From the NCBI RefSeq assembly GCF_044704955.1, contig NC_091979.1:54436001-54500000 (forward strand): a stretch of 64,000 nt of DNA. The letters run 5' to 3'. This stretch comes from Pristiophorus japonicus (Eukaryota). How positions within the stretch are numbered: position 1 is the stretch's first letter; each line of letters begins with the position of its first letter. Positions 12,052 through 23,819 of the stretch are shown one piece after another. The notes under the pieces were generated by a model. It was not told the origin of the DNA. It made no database searches and was given only the letters and a program-made list of their open reading frames with translations. The translations under genes and the position numbers were made by a program.

Positions 12052-13521
12052 GGGCTCAAAATTGGCCATGAGTTGCTCAGTTTTTTGGAGCAACTTGATT
12101 TTTCTGGAGTATCTTAAAAATCCACATTTTGCACATTCAATTTGCGCCAGTGTAAGTGAGTTAGTTAGGATTTTTTAGTTTAGTTTTTTTTTCAAAAGGG
12201 GATGTTACCAGCCACTTACGTCCGTTTTGGCCATTTAGACCACTTTGGCCAGCTAATAGTTACTCCAAACTAACTTGGGCCAGCTGCTAATGTGGCTGCT
12301 TGTGAAAACCCATGCGGAAAGTTAAGAAATCAGCACAGGTAGGTACATCGGAGGCCAGCAGAACTTAATGACTTGACTAAAGAATGTGAATAGGATCAAA
12401 CAGCTATATAGGACATCATATGACAAACTTCGCAAAGTTAATTTACTATGCAACAGAAGCATTCATGGAAGCTTAAACTACAAAAATAAAAGAAGTAAAA
12501 GATAGTTGAATTAAATTGCCCTAATCTCAACTAATTTAAACAACTATTTGTTTGCAATGATTATACTGGGCCAAAATTGAGCCCATATTATCTAAATAAA
12601 TAAGATATTCTCTCAGTGTTCCTCCGTCACTTATGTTCTTCTTTCACAATGGCACCAGGTAAATAGGTTTGACAAATGGTCACCACTATTCTCGACACAA
12701 AACATATTTACATAATTTTTTTTAAATATCCAAAAGTCCAAGAAAATGACAAGCCATTAAGAAAGTCCAAAAATAGCTACAGTGCATAAAATTTCAAACC
12801 TGAGGTCGATCGCACCGGAGGCCACTCAGCCAGGGCTAGGGGCGGGCATCGGGTCCCACACGTACAGCGGCTGCAGCAAGCTGTAACCAGATTTCTTCTC
12901 TCCTCTTCTCTTCTTCCACATAATATCACCGATGACCAGAGCAATCAGGGCGATGGCAGCAATCACAATTCCAACAATCAAATCGAGATTTGTTCCCTTT
13001 AGAGATCCTGGAGTCACTCGGAATGTCCCGTCCCCGTCTCGGTTCTTCACTCCTGTGTTGTCACTCTGCTCATACTGACAGGAATAGGTGGCTCCATCCT
13101 TGGATTCGATCTCAGCCCATCTTGTCCACTTGTAGGTTCTGTCGTGATCGGCTCGCGATTTCTCAGGAGGGTGACTTCGATATCACGAGGGTAAAAGCCC
13201 ATGACGAGGCAAGAGAGTTGGGTCGGTTTAATATTTGGCCACTCGGCCTGGGATAGGGGCAGAACGCAAATAGAGATGCTGGGGGCCAGGAGCTACTGCG
13301 CATGCGCACACACTCCAAAGCGCATGTGCAGACGTCCCGGCATTGTTTTCAGCGTGGAACGCTGACTCCGCTCCCGACTCGACTGGCCACGCTGCGCGAA
13401 AACCTGGGAGAGGCCGGACAGCAGCCAAAGTCGGGACATCCTTTTTCGGCGCTTGGAAACGTAGAAAAGCTGCGCAACTCGGGTGAGTGCACCAAAAATC
13501 GGCATGGGCCATTTTGAGCTC
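12052..13521. mobile_element. Harbinger MITE carrying a captured gene fragment
   Basis: TIRs gggctcaaaattggcc / ggccattttgagctc, TSD CTG; arms homologous to 16044-17145. Confidence 0.8.
12881..13235 (-). pseudogene. Processed MHC class I heavy-chain fragment (alpha3, TM, start of cytoplasmic tail)
   Basis: Minus strand: NIKPTQLSCLVMGFYPRDIEVTLLRNREPI / frameshift / DHDRTYKWTRWAEIESKDGATYSCQYEQSDNTGVKNRDGDGTFRVTPGSLKGTNLDLIVGIVIAAIALIALVIGDIMWKKRRGEKKSGY. Shows Ig C1-set CxxxGFYP and YSC motifs, a TM helix, WKKR stop-transfer and the tail Tyr; no introns. Confidence 0.9.
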
Positions 13522-15292
13522 CTGGCGAGGCCATTTGCCATGTTTTACACCAAGAATGTCCTGTAGTCCTTTAGCTCCCATTTATGATGGTAGCAACATT
13601 AAAGGTGCCTTCAGCCATTTTGGAGATTGCACTCTTTAAAAAGAACTAACATAGGAGCAGGAGTAGGCCATTTAGCCCCTCGAGCCTGTTTCACCATTCA
13701 ATGAGATCATGGCTGATCTGTATCCTTAATTCATCTACCCGTGTTGACTCCATATCTCTAATACCCTTGGCTATTAAAAATCTATCGATCTCCAATTTAA
13801 AATTAGTAATTGAGTTAGCATCTTTTTTGGGGAGAGAGTTCCACACTCCTACCATCCTTGGGTGAAGATGTTTTTCCTAACTTCTCTCCTGAATGGCCTG
13901 GGTCTGATTTTAATGTTATGACTTGTCCTAAACTCCTCCACTTGCAGAAAAAGTTTCTCTCTCTCAATCCTATCAATTCCTTTCAAATTTCTAAAAACCT
14001 AAATCTAATTGCCTCTTCATCTTCTATAATCCGGGGAATATAAACCTAGTTTATGTAATCTTTCCTCATAATCTAACCCTTGGAACCCGGTAACATTCTA
14101 GTGAATCTGTGCTGCATGCCTTCCAAGATATAACAGCTAGCATTCCATTAGCTATTTTGATTATTTTTTGTACCTGACTACTAAATTTTAGTGATCTGTT
14201 TACATGGACCCTTAAATCTCATTGGACCTACACTGTTCCTGACTTTTCACCATTTAAATAATACTCTGATCTATCCTTTTTTGGTCCAAAATGGATGACC
14301 TCACACCTACCTGTGTAGAAATCCATCTGTCACAGTTTTGCTCAATCATTTAATCAATCAATATCTCTGTAATTTTATACTCCCATCTACACTACTTACT
14401 ATACCACCAATCTTTGTGCCCTCAGCAAACTTGGATGTATGGCTCACTTGCATTATTTAAGCTATTAATAAATATAATGAATAATTGAGGCCACAGCACA
14501 GATCTTTGTGGGACATTACTAGTCACTTCCTTCTAATTCGAATATGCTCATTATCCCTACTTTCTATCTTCTACCGCCTAACCAATCTCCTACCTTCAAT
14601 TCCATGAGCATTAATTTTATCTAACAGTCTCTTATGTGGAATCTTATTGAATGCCTTCTGGAAGTCCTATAAACTGCATTCTTAGACAATTCCCTGTTTA
14701 CTACTTTATTTACTTCCTTAAGAAATTCAATTAGGTGTGTTAGACATGACCTACCCTTTACAAATCCATATCGGCTCTTTCGAATCAGCTCACATTTCTC
14801 CAAGTGCTCAGTCACTGTGTCCTTAATTATAGATTCCAATATTAAAATAAAAATAGAAAATGCTGGAAATACTCAGCAGATCAGGCAGCCTCAGTCGGGA
14901 GAGAAAAGTTTCAGGTCAATGACCATTCATCAGAACTGGAAATAGTTCGAGATGTAATAGGTTGTAAGCAAGTAGAGAGGCAGGGAAAGGGGGAGAGAAG
15001 GAAAGAACAAAAGGGAAGTTCTGTGATAGGGTAGAAGGCAGGAGTGATTGACAAAAGGGATGATGGTGCAAAGCAAAAGGGGATGGTAATGGGACAACAA
15101 AAGAATCAAAAGAGAGGTCTAGAGTAACTGAAAATGACAAAATCAGAATTATTACCAGCAAATGCTGTCCAAAAAAAATGGCAGCAGTGGTTATGAACTG
15201 AAATTACCGAACTCAGTGTTGAGTCCGGAAGGCTGTAAAGTGCCTAATTGAAAGATGAGGTGCTGTTCTTCGAGCTTCCGTTGAGCTTCATT

Positions 15293-15551
15293 GCAGAGTT
15301 GGTCCCCAGTCGTCTTGGTTAATCCTTGTTACTGGACCAAGATCTAGCTCTGTCAAACCCGTGTGGTGGCTGGTGTGCAACGGCCACCACACGTTTTTAA
15401 AAAAAATCCACGCACAGGCATCTTCCACCCTTCAAGATTTAGTTTGAGACCTGGAATTTTCGGTCCTTCATTGAAACCCTGTGAACTTTTTGACGTGGAA
15501 GCAAGTCATCCTCGATTCGAGGGACTACTTATGATGATGATGATGATGATT
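15293..15551 (+). mobile_element. SINE-like repeat with (TGA)n tail
   Basis: Second copy at 23284-23557; ends cgagggact..tatgatgatgatg; interrupts the Penelope remnant. Partner LINE uncertain (RTE-like tail suspected). Confidence 0.7.
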
Positions 15552-16043
15552 GCAACAGTGTAGGAGGCCAAGGACAGAGAGGTCAGAACGGAGAATTTAA
15601 ATGACAAGTGACTGGAAGCTCAAGATCATGCTTGCGGACTGAACGGAGGTGTTCCACAAAGTGATCACTGATCTGCGTTTGGTCACCCCCAATGTGGAGG
15701 AGACCACATCATGAACAGCAAATACACTATACCAAATTGAAAGAAGTACAAGTAAAGTGCTGTTTCACCTGGAAAGGTGTTGCATCTCCTGCACTTGCAT
15801 AGGAAGGTGAAGAGGGAGTGTTGGGCCTGATTGGGACTAGACCAGGGTGTCTTGGTGGGAACGTCCCTTTGGAAGTGGAGAAGGGTAGGGAAGATCTGTT
15901 TGGTGGTGGCATCATGCTGGAGCTGGTGGAAATTCCGATAACTCTGTCCTTAATTATAGATTCCAATAATAAAATAAAAACGTAAAATGCTGGAAATATT
16001 CAGCAGGTGAGGTAGCATCTGTGACCAGAGAAACAGAGTTTAT

Positions 16044-17145
16044 GGGCTCATTTTTGGACAGGAGTTGCTCTTTTTTTTGGAGTAACTTGGTTTTTCTGGC
16101 GTAACTTAAAAATCCCCATTTTGCACATTCAGTTTGCACCATTGTAAATGAGTTAGTTACGATTTTTTTCGTTTAATTTTTTTTCTCAAAAGAGGATGTT
16201 ACAAGCCACCTACGCCAGTTCTGCCCATTTAGGCAACTTTGACCAGCTAATAGTTACTCCAAATCTACTTAGGCCAGCGTATGTGGCCACTTCAGAAAAC
16301 CCTTACGGAGAGTTAAGAAATCAGCGCAGGTAGGTACATTTGAGGCCATTCGGCCTGGGGAAGGGGCGGGAAGGGAAGCGGAGAGGACCTGCACCTATAG
16401 TACCAAGACTTACAAAGCACTAACCCTTGGAAACAAAAAGTAATAAGCATTCAATAACACATAAAAAAATTGAAGTAAGTCCTACCTTCATCTTAAAACT
16501 CGGTCTGGGAAGGCAGCGGGCTGGCCGGAGGAGGCCACTCAGCCTGGGCTAGGAGCGGACAGGAGAACTGATAGTGCTCCTGTCTGAATGATTTCTATCA
16601 GTTCTCCTGCCCGCCTGCCCCTAGCCCTGGCCGAGTGGCCTCTCGGTGGGATTTCTAAGAGATCAATCGCACCGAGAGGCCAATCGGCCAGGGCTAGGGG
16701 CAGGCGGGCAGCAGAACTGATAAGTCTCCTGCCTGAATGATTACTATCAGTGCTCCTGCCTGCCTGCCCCTAGCCGAGTGGCTTCCCGGTGCGATTTCTA
16801 AGATTAAAGTGATTAAAGCTTCAAATCAACTACCCCTACTCACAACAACATTTGGCCGGCATCGGGTCCCACACAGCGGCTGCAGCAAGACATGGAGAGG
16901 CTGGGGGCGAGGAGCAACTGCACATGCGCGGACATTCCACTGTGCATGTGCAGACGTTCCGGCACTGTTTTCGGCGCAGGAAGCTGGCTCCACCCCCGAC
17001 TCGACTGTCCATGCTGTGTGACCACTGGAAGGAGGCCGGACAGTGGCCAAAGTGGGAAGAAATTTTTCGGCACACTTCTGAACGGAGAAAAGCGGCGCAT
17101 CTCTGGTAAGTGCGCCGAAAAACGGGCTGGGCCAAAATTGAGCCC
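16044..17145. mobile_element. Harbinger MITE
   Basis: TIRs gggctcatttttgg / ccaaaattgagccc, TSD TAT/AAT; splits a Penelope terminal repeat (cagagtt|aatgtttcagg). Confidence 0.85.
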
Positions 17146-18157
17146 AATGTTTCAGGTTGATGACCTTGCATCAGAACTTGAAAAAGTTAGAGATTCGAAT
17201 AGATTTCCCACAACAGATGTTAGACTAACAGGTCTATAGTTTCTTGGTTTCTCTCTCGCGCTTTACTTAAATAATGGAGTTGCATTTGAAATTTTCCAAT
17301 CTAAAGGGACAATATTTGAATCAAGGGATCGTTGGAAGACAATGGCTAAAGCATCTGCAATTTCTTCACCTACTTCCTTTAAAACCCTGGGGTGGAAACC
17401 ACCAGATCCTGGGGATTTTACAGTCTTTGGTGCCAATATTTTTTCTAATACTGTGTTCTTGCTTACATTAACTTTAGTATTAATTTTTTGTTAGCACTTA
17501 TGCCTGTTTTCAGTTTTGGCCTCGTTTTTGCATTATTTGGATTTATATTGTGCTTCCATATTTTCTCTATGTACCTTCTTGCCAGCTGCAATTTAAATAA
17601 TCACAACCACAATTCTGAAAATGGACATCCCAATGGGGTTTTCTCCCATTGCTTGTTTCTGAGAATCTGAGGGAGTATGAGAGCGAGGTGCATTCTCGCT
17701 CATGCTGTGTAACTTACCCAGTTCTCCCTCCTGAAACTCGCTCTGTTATCTACCCAAGGTGGCTGTATTAGTGCTGCAACTTGTTATTGTTGGAGTGGTG
17801 ACTTGGGACAATGTGAGGTGCTGGGAATTCTCTTTACTTGTAAGAAAAAAAAACAATGTTTGATAAATGCACTGTACTGTGTGTCATGAATGATTGATTG
17901 AGAGTGTGGAGAGAAAAAAACAACAGTAAGGAAAGGATTTCGCTAGCTCTGAGCTTGGATAGACTACATGTCTCTCAGACCCTTTATGCACTGTCCACAC
18001 AGAATTTGGAGGGCAATCTCATACTAATGAGTCAATGTGCCCCTCGTGGACTACTATACCCGCCTGTTCTAGAAATAGTTAAGACTGAAGATGGCAAAAG
18101 CACGGATGTGAGCTTTAGAAGGCCTGAGGTAATGGTGGATGTTCTATATTGTTCATA

Positions 18158-18245
18158 CGAAAGATCATCGACCTGAAACAATAACTCTGTTTCTCTCTTC
18201 ACAGATGCTGTCTGACCTGCTGAGTATTTCCAGCATTTTCTGTTG
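18158..18245. mobile_element. Solo Penelope terminal-repeat fragment
   Basis: Reverse complement of the repeat at 15985-16043 plus 17146-17175; further copies at 51320-51405 and 52735-53927. Confidence 0.7.
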
Positions 18246-19709
18246 TTAGAATACTTTTGGGCTTCAGTTGATTTTTAAAAAACTGGCCTCTATATATTTA
18301 TAGCTGTATATTGCCCAACTTTTAAAAAATGTTGCTCCAGCATTCAAAGTGAATGGTGAGCAACACGAAGAAGAAAATCGATAAATACAATATTTTAAAC
18401 TCCTGACATTTGAGTAGCCTTATTACTGTAACATTTATTTTTAAGTAACATTGCGGTGTGTGGGTTGAGAACTTTCAAAAGGTCAGCCCAAGTGTGAGGA
18501 AAATTCCCTGAACCTACTGACAGCTTGAAAGTTAAATATATATATTTTTTAATCAGCGTAACCTCGAAACCTACACATGGGTTAAGAGGAATGTTTCCCC
18601 CTAATTTATTTTGCGTGCATGGTCCCATTAATGGACTGCGCGGGCCATTCAAGGTTTCATGCATGTGCAAAATGTCCCACTGGAAAAAACAGTAAATCGG
18701 CCTGCATGGGACTTCCAGATAGCTGCACGACAGCGGGAATATTGTTAAATTAAATATTTTCAACCTTAAGACAAGGTTGGTGGCTTCCTCTTAATATTTA
18801 CAGATACTAATGTAAAAGTTAAAATAATTCAATTTGGGATGGGGTTCGATGAACCTCCCACCTCAAAATAATCTTCTTTGCTTCTCAATCTCCACTGTGT
18901 AGGTGAAGCTGCTATACTACTTTTTGAAAGCAACTGCACTTAACTTGTATTTAGGGCACAAACATTGGTATTTATAAAGAATTTACGAATCTAAAGTGTT
19001 TTGTAACGTGAACTCCAACTACAATAAAAAAAATACTGGCCTCTAAACTGGAAACAATTTCCAATAAAAATTAATTCCTGTCTTTCAACACCATGTCTGA
19101 TTGCCAAAAAACATTCTGTCCCCACCCCTCTGTTTATAAGCATGCATGTACACATGCACACAAATGGCAGATGTTAGAATAAACCCTTCTTGGTTCTTTT
19201 ATTATAATGCAGTTGTCTTAAGAGATTATTAATTATTAGGTAACATCAATTCTGGAAATAAATCTACATGGAATTCGGTTCAAAATCAAAGAACAAACTC
19301 TTGTAATAATCACGTGGGATGTCTTAATGTTTAAAGTGCAGTAAATTAGTCCCTCACTAAAAGACTCTCCAGCATACTGTGACCTCTATTGTAATATGTA
19401 TTGTTTATGGCTCCCTCACTGATAGAGAAGCCATATTAAAAAACACTCTGTGTGGCCCACCCATCACTATATCATGATTTTTATGACTCCCATGGGCTGT
19501 GTATATTGCAGTTGTATATACTGTCTTTGCACGGTAGAGTGTCTGGTTATAATTATCTAAATTATTTTAAACATTTTTTAGATAGCGTCCAACAATGTGA
19601 ATTAGGTAGGAGTGCCATATATATTAAATAAAATCTTCCACTACGTTGTACTTTATAAGAGTATTTAGGGTAATTTAAAATCCTGCAGTGATGTAGCATC
19701 CTCCAATGT

Positions 19710-20515
19710 GCATTTATTTGTTCTTGGGATGTAGACGACAATGACAAGGCCGCATTTATTGCCCACACCTAGTTGCCCTGAGAAGGTAGTGGTGAGCTGC
19801 AATCATTGTAATGATAGTGCTTTCGCAATTACATGGGCAATTCCAAAATTTTACACAGGGACGATGAATAAACGGTAGTATTTCTTCCGAGCCAGGGTGG
19901 CTTTTGACTTGGTGGGAAGGTAGGAGATGATGGTATTCCCATGCTTTTGCTGCTGTTGAGCTTCTTGATGGTGAAGTTCATTGGGATGGAGGTGCTTTCG
20001 AAGTAGTTACTGAGTTGCTGCACTGCTTCCTGTAGATTGAACATATTGCACTGGTGGTGGAGGGGATGAATATTAAGTCCAGTGCTGATAAAGTGAATTA
20101 CTTTTCCCAGGATGTTGTTGATCTTCATGAGTGTTTTTGAAGCTACAGCTACCCAGGCAAGTTATTAGTGTTCCATCATTATACTGAATTAAACTTTGTA
20201 GATGGTGGAGAGGATTTAGGCGGTCAGGAGGTGAGCCAGTCTCTGCCCTGATATTGTACCAATGGTCTTGATATGGCTGGTCCGGTTAAGCTTTTAGTCA
20301 GTGGTGACCCCCAGGAAATTGATAGTGGATGATATTGAAGGTCAGGGGAGGTAGTTGATGCATTTCTTGTTGAAAAATGTCATTGCCTGGCACTTGCATT
20401 CCATGAATATTACATGCTACTTGGCTGACGAAGCCTGGATGTTGTCTAGGTCCTGCTATAGACTGGCATGGGCAGCTTCATTATTGGCTTCATTACTCTG
20501 TGACTGGAGTGAACA
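19710..20515 (-). mobile_element. Old CR1/L2-group LINE 3' part (family of 47745-49508)
   Basis: Begins tttatttgttcttgggatgt..gcatttattgccca, the reverse complement of the 3' end at ~49450-49505. Confidence 0.65.
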
Positions 20516-20519
20516 CTGT

Positions 20520-23281
20520 AGTGGTTCATTCTCGGGTTGGCATTCAGTAACTAGTGGGGTGCTGCAGGGATCAGTGCTAGGACACCAGCTATTTACAATC
20601 TATATTAACGACTTAGGAACATAGAAAATAGGTGCAGGAGTAGGCCATTCTGCCCTTCGAACCTGCACCACCATTCAATAAGATCATGGCTGATCATTCA
20701 CCTCAGTACCCCTTTCCTGCTTTCTCTCCATACTCCTTGATCCCTTTAGCCGTAAGGACCATATCCAACTCCCTCTTGAATATATCTAACGAACTGGCAT
20801 CAACAACTCTCTGCGGAAGAGAATTCCACAGGTTAACAACTTTCTGAGTGAAGAAGTTTCTCCTCATCTCGGTCCTAAATGGCTTACCCTTATCCTTAGA
20901 CTGTGACCCCTGGTTCTGGACTCCCCCAACATCGGGAACATTCTTCCTGCATCTAACCTGTCCAGCCCCGTCAGAATTTTATATGTTTCTAAGAGATCCC
21001 CTCTCATTCATCTAAATTCCAGTGAATACAGGCCCAGTCTATCCAGTTTCTCCTTATATGTCAGTCCTGCCATCCCAGGAATCAGTCTGGTGAACCTTCG
21101 CTGCACTCCCTCAATAACAAGAACGTCCTTCCTCAGATTAGGAGACCAAAACTGAATGCAATATTCCAGGTGAGGCCTCATCAAGGCTCTGTATAGCTGC
21201 AGCAAGACCTCCCTGCTCCTATACTCAAATCCCCTCGCTATGAAGGCCAACATGTCATTTGCCGCCTTCACCGCCTGCTGCACCTGCATGCCAACCTTCA
21301 GTAACTAATGTACCATGACACCCAGGTCTCATTGCAACTCCCCTTTTCCTAATCTGCCGCCATTCAGATAATATTCTGCCTTCGTGTTTTTGCCACCAAA
21401 GTGGATAACCTCACATTTATCCACATTATGCTGCATCTGCCATGCATTTGCCCACTCACTAACCTGTCCAAGTCACCCTGCAGCCTCTTAGCATCCTCCT
21501 CACAGCTCACACTGCAACCCAGCTTACTGTCATCTGCAAACTTGGAGATATTACTCAATTCCTTCATCTAAATCATTGTAAATAGCTGGGGTCCCAGCAC
21601 TGAGCCCTGCGGCACCCCACTAGTCACTGCCTGCCATTCTGAAAAGGACCCGTTTATCCCGACTCTCTGCTTCCTGTCTGCCAACCAGTTCTCTATCCAC
21701 GTCAATACATTACCCCCCATATCATGTGCTTTAATTTTGCACACCAATCTCTTGTGTGGGACCTTGTCGAAAGCCTTTTGAAAGTCCAAATACACCACAT
21801 CCACTAGTTCTCCCTTGTCCACTCGACTAGTTACATCCTCAAAAAATTCTTGAAGATTTGTCAAGCATGATTTCCCTTTGATAAATCCATGCTGACTTGG
21901 ACCGATCCTGTCACTGCTTTCCAAATGCGCTGCTATTTTATCTTTAATAATTGATTCCAACATTTTCCCCACTACTGATGTCAGGCTAACCGGTCTATAA
22001 TTCCCCGTTTTCTCTCTCCCTCCTTTTTTAAAAAAGTGGTGTTATATTAGCTACTCTCCAGTCCATAGGAACTGATCCAGAGTCGATAGACTGTTGGAAA
22101 ATGATTACCAATGCATCCACTATTTCTAGGGCCACTTCCTTAAGTATTCTGGGATGCAGACTATCAGGCCCTGGGGATTTATCGGCCTTCAATCCCATCA
22201 ATTTCCCTAACAATTTCATGACTAATAAGGATTTCCTTCAGTCCCTCCTTCTCGCTAGACCCTCGGTCCCCTAGTATGTGTCTTCCTTCGTGAAGGTCGA
22301 GGTTCACCTCTCCGGGCACATTGGAAGAAGGGACTGAGTGTAATGTAGCCAAGTTTGCTGATCATACAAAGATGAGAGGAAAAGCAATGTGTGAGGAGGA
22401 TGCACAAAATCTGCAAAAGGACATAGACATGCTAAGTGAGTGGGCAGAAATTTGGCAGATGGAGTATAATGTTGGAAAATGTGAGGTCATGCACTTTGGT
22501 AGAAAAAAAATCAAAGAGCAAGTTATTATTTAAATGGAGAAAGATTGCAAAGTGCTGCAGTACAGCAGGACCTGGGGTTACTTGTGCATGAAACACAAAA
22601 GGATAGTATGCAGGTACAGCAAGTGATCAGGAAGGCCAATAGAATCTTGGCCTTTATTGCAATGGGGATGGAATATAAAAGCAGGAAAGTCTTGCTACAG
22701 TTGTACAGGGTATTGGTGAGGCCACACCTGAAATACTGCGTCCTGTTTTGGTTTCCATATTTACGAAAAGTTATACTTTTGCTTTGGGGGCAGTTCAGAG
22801 AAGGCTCACTCGGTTGATACTGGGGATGAGGGGGTTGACTTATGAGGAAAGGTTGAGTAGGTTGGGCCTCTACTCATTGGAATTCAGAAGAATGAGAGGT
22901 GATCTTATCGAAACATATAAGATTATGAGGGGGCTTGACAAGGTGGATGCAGAGAGGACGTTTGCACTGATGGGGGAGACCAGAACTAAAGGGCATGGTC
23001 TTAGAATAAGGGGCCGCCCATTTAAAATGAAATGAGGAGAAATTTCTTCTCTTTGAGGGTTGTAAATCTGTGGAATTCGCTGGCTCTTACAGAGCTGTCA
23101 AAGCTGGGACATTGAATAAATTTAAGACAGAAATGGACAGTTTCTTAAACGATAGGGTTATGGGGAGTGGGCCGGGAAGTGGAGCTGAGTCCATGATCAG
23201 ATCAGCTATGATCTTATTGAATGGCGGAGCAGGCTCGAGGGGCCGTATGGCCTACTACTCCTCCTATTTCTTATGTTCTTA
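20520..23281 (+). mobile_element. 5'-truncated CR1 split by an antisense CR1
   Basis: RT reads ...[10 protein letters not shown] at 20614 and resumes LEEGTECNVAKFAD at 22321; tail at 23281. Confidence 0.9.
20617..22295 (-). mobile_element. 5'-truncated CR1
   Basis: RT peptides in ORFs 21568-21972, 22028-22219 and 21008-21289 (QHGFIKGKSCLTNL, YLDFQKAFDKVPH). Confidence 0.93.
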
Positions 23282-23283
23282 AG

Positions 23284-23557
23284 TGTGCACACTAGGTCAG
23301 TGCAGCAGAGCAGGTCTCCAGTCGTCTTGGTTGACACTTGCCACTGGACCAAGACCTAGCTCTGTCAAATCTATGTGGTGGCTGGTGTGCAACGGCCATC
23401 ACGTTAAAAAAAATCCGCGCACAGACATCTTCCACCCCTTCAACATGTAGTTCGGGACCTGGAATATTAGGTCCTTCATTGAAACACCTGTGAACTCATC
23501 CTTTTTTGGCGTGGAAGCAATTCATCCTTGATACGAGGGACTGCCTATGATGATGAT
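23284..23557 (+). mobile_element. SINE-like repeat with (TGA)n tail
   Basis: Homologous to 15293-15551. Confidence 0.7.
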
Positions 23558-23609
23558 GTGTAAGCTAACAGGCCCACTCATGACTTTATGATGCAGGGTC
23601 GATCATAAG

Positions 23610-23819
23610 TGTTACGTCTTGAATAAAGAGTCAGACTAGATACTGCAAGCTCAAAGTAAGATGTGACCATAGTCCTTTACTACAGATCTGAGTGCCTCTC
23701 CAGCCTGTGAGGCCTCCTTATATACAGGTGCTTCCAAGGGATTATGGGATCCCTTGGAACTCCAGGGGATAAGTCCTCTGGTGGTTAGACATGGTATTTA
23801 CAGGTTTACATACAAAACA
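23610..23819 (-). repeat. 3' LTR
   Basis: Direct repeat of 28641-28832; adjacent to the polypurine tract. Confidence 0.93.

Larger units (their letters stand above)
14843..17190 (-). mobile_element. Penelope-like element remnant with direct terminal repeats
   Basis: GIY-YIG remnant FQVKQHFTCTSFNLV*CICCS*CGLLHIG..KRR..DHFVEHLRSVRK at ~15620-15780. Repeat aaatgctggaaatactcagcag..tcaggcagc at 14857 and 15985. Confidence 0.75.
13645..17480 (-). mobile_element. Old CR1 LINE, multiply interrupted (Penelope, SINE, MITE)
   Basis: Tail at 13645; RT peptide MESIIKDTVTEHLEK..GFVKGRSCLT; resumes at ~17195 (atttcccacaacagatgttagactaac). Confidence 0.8.
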
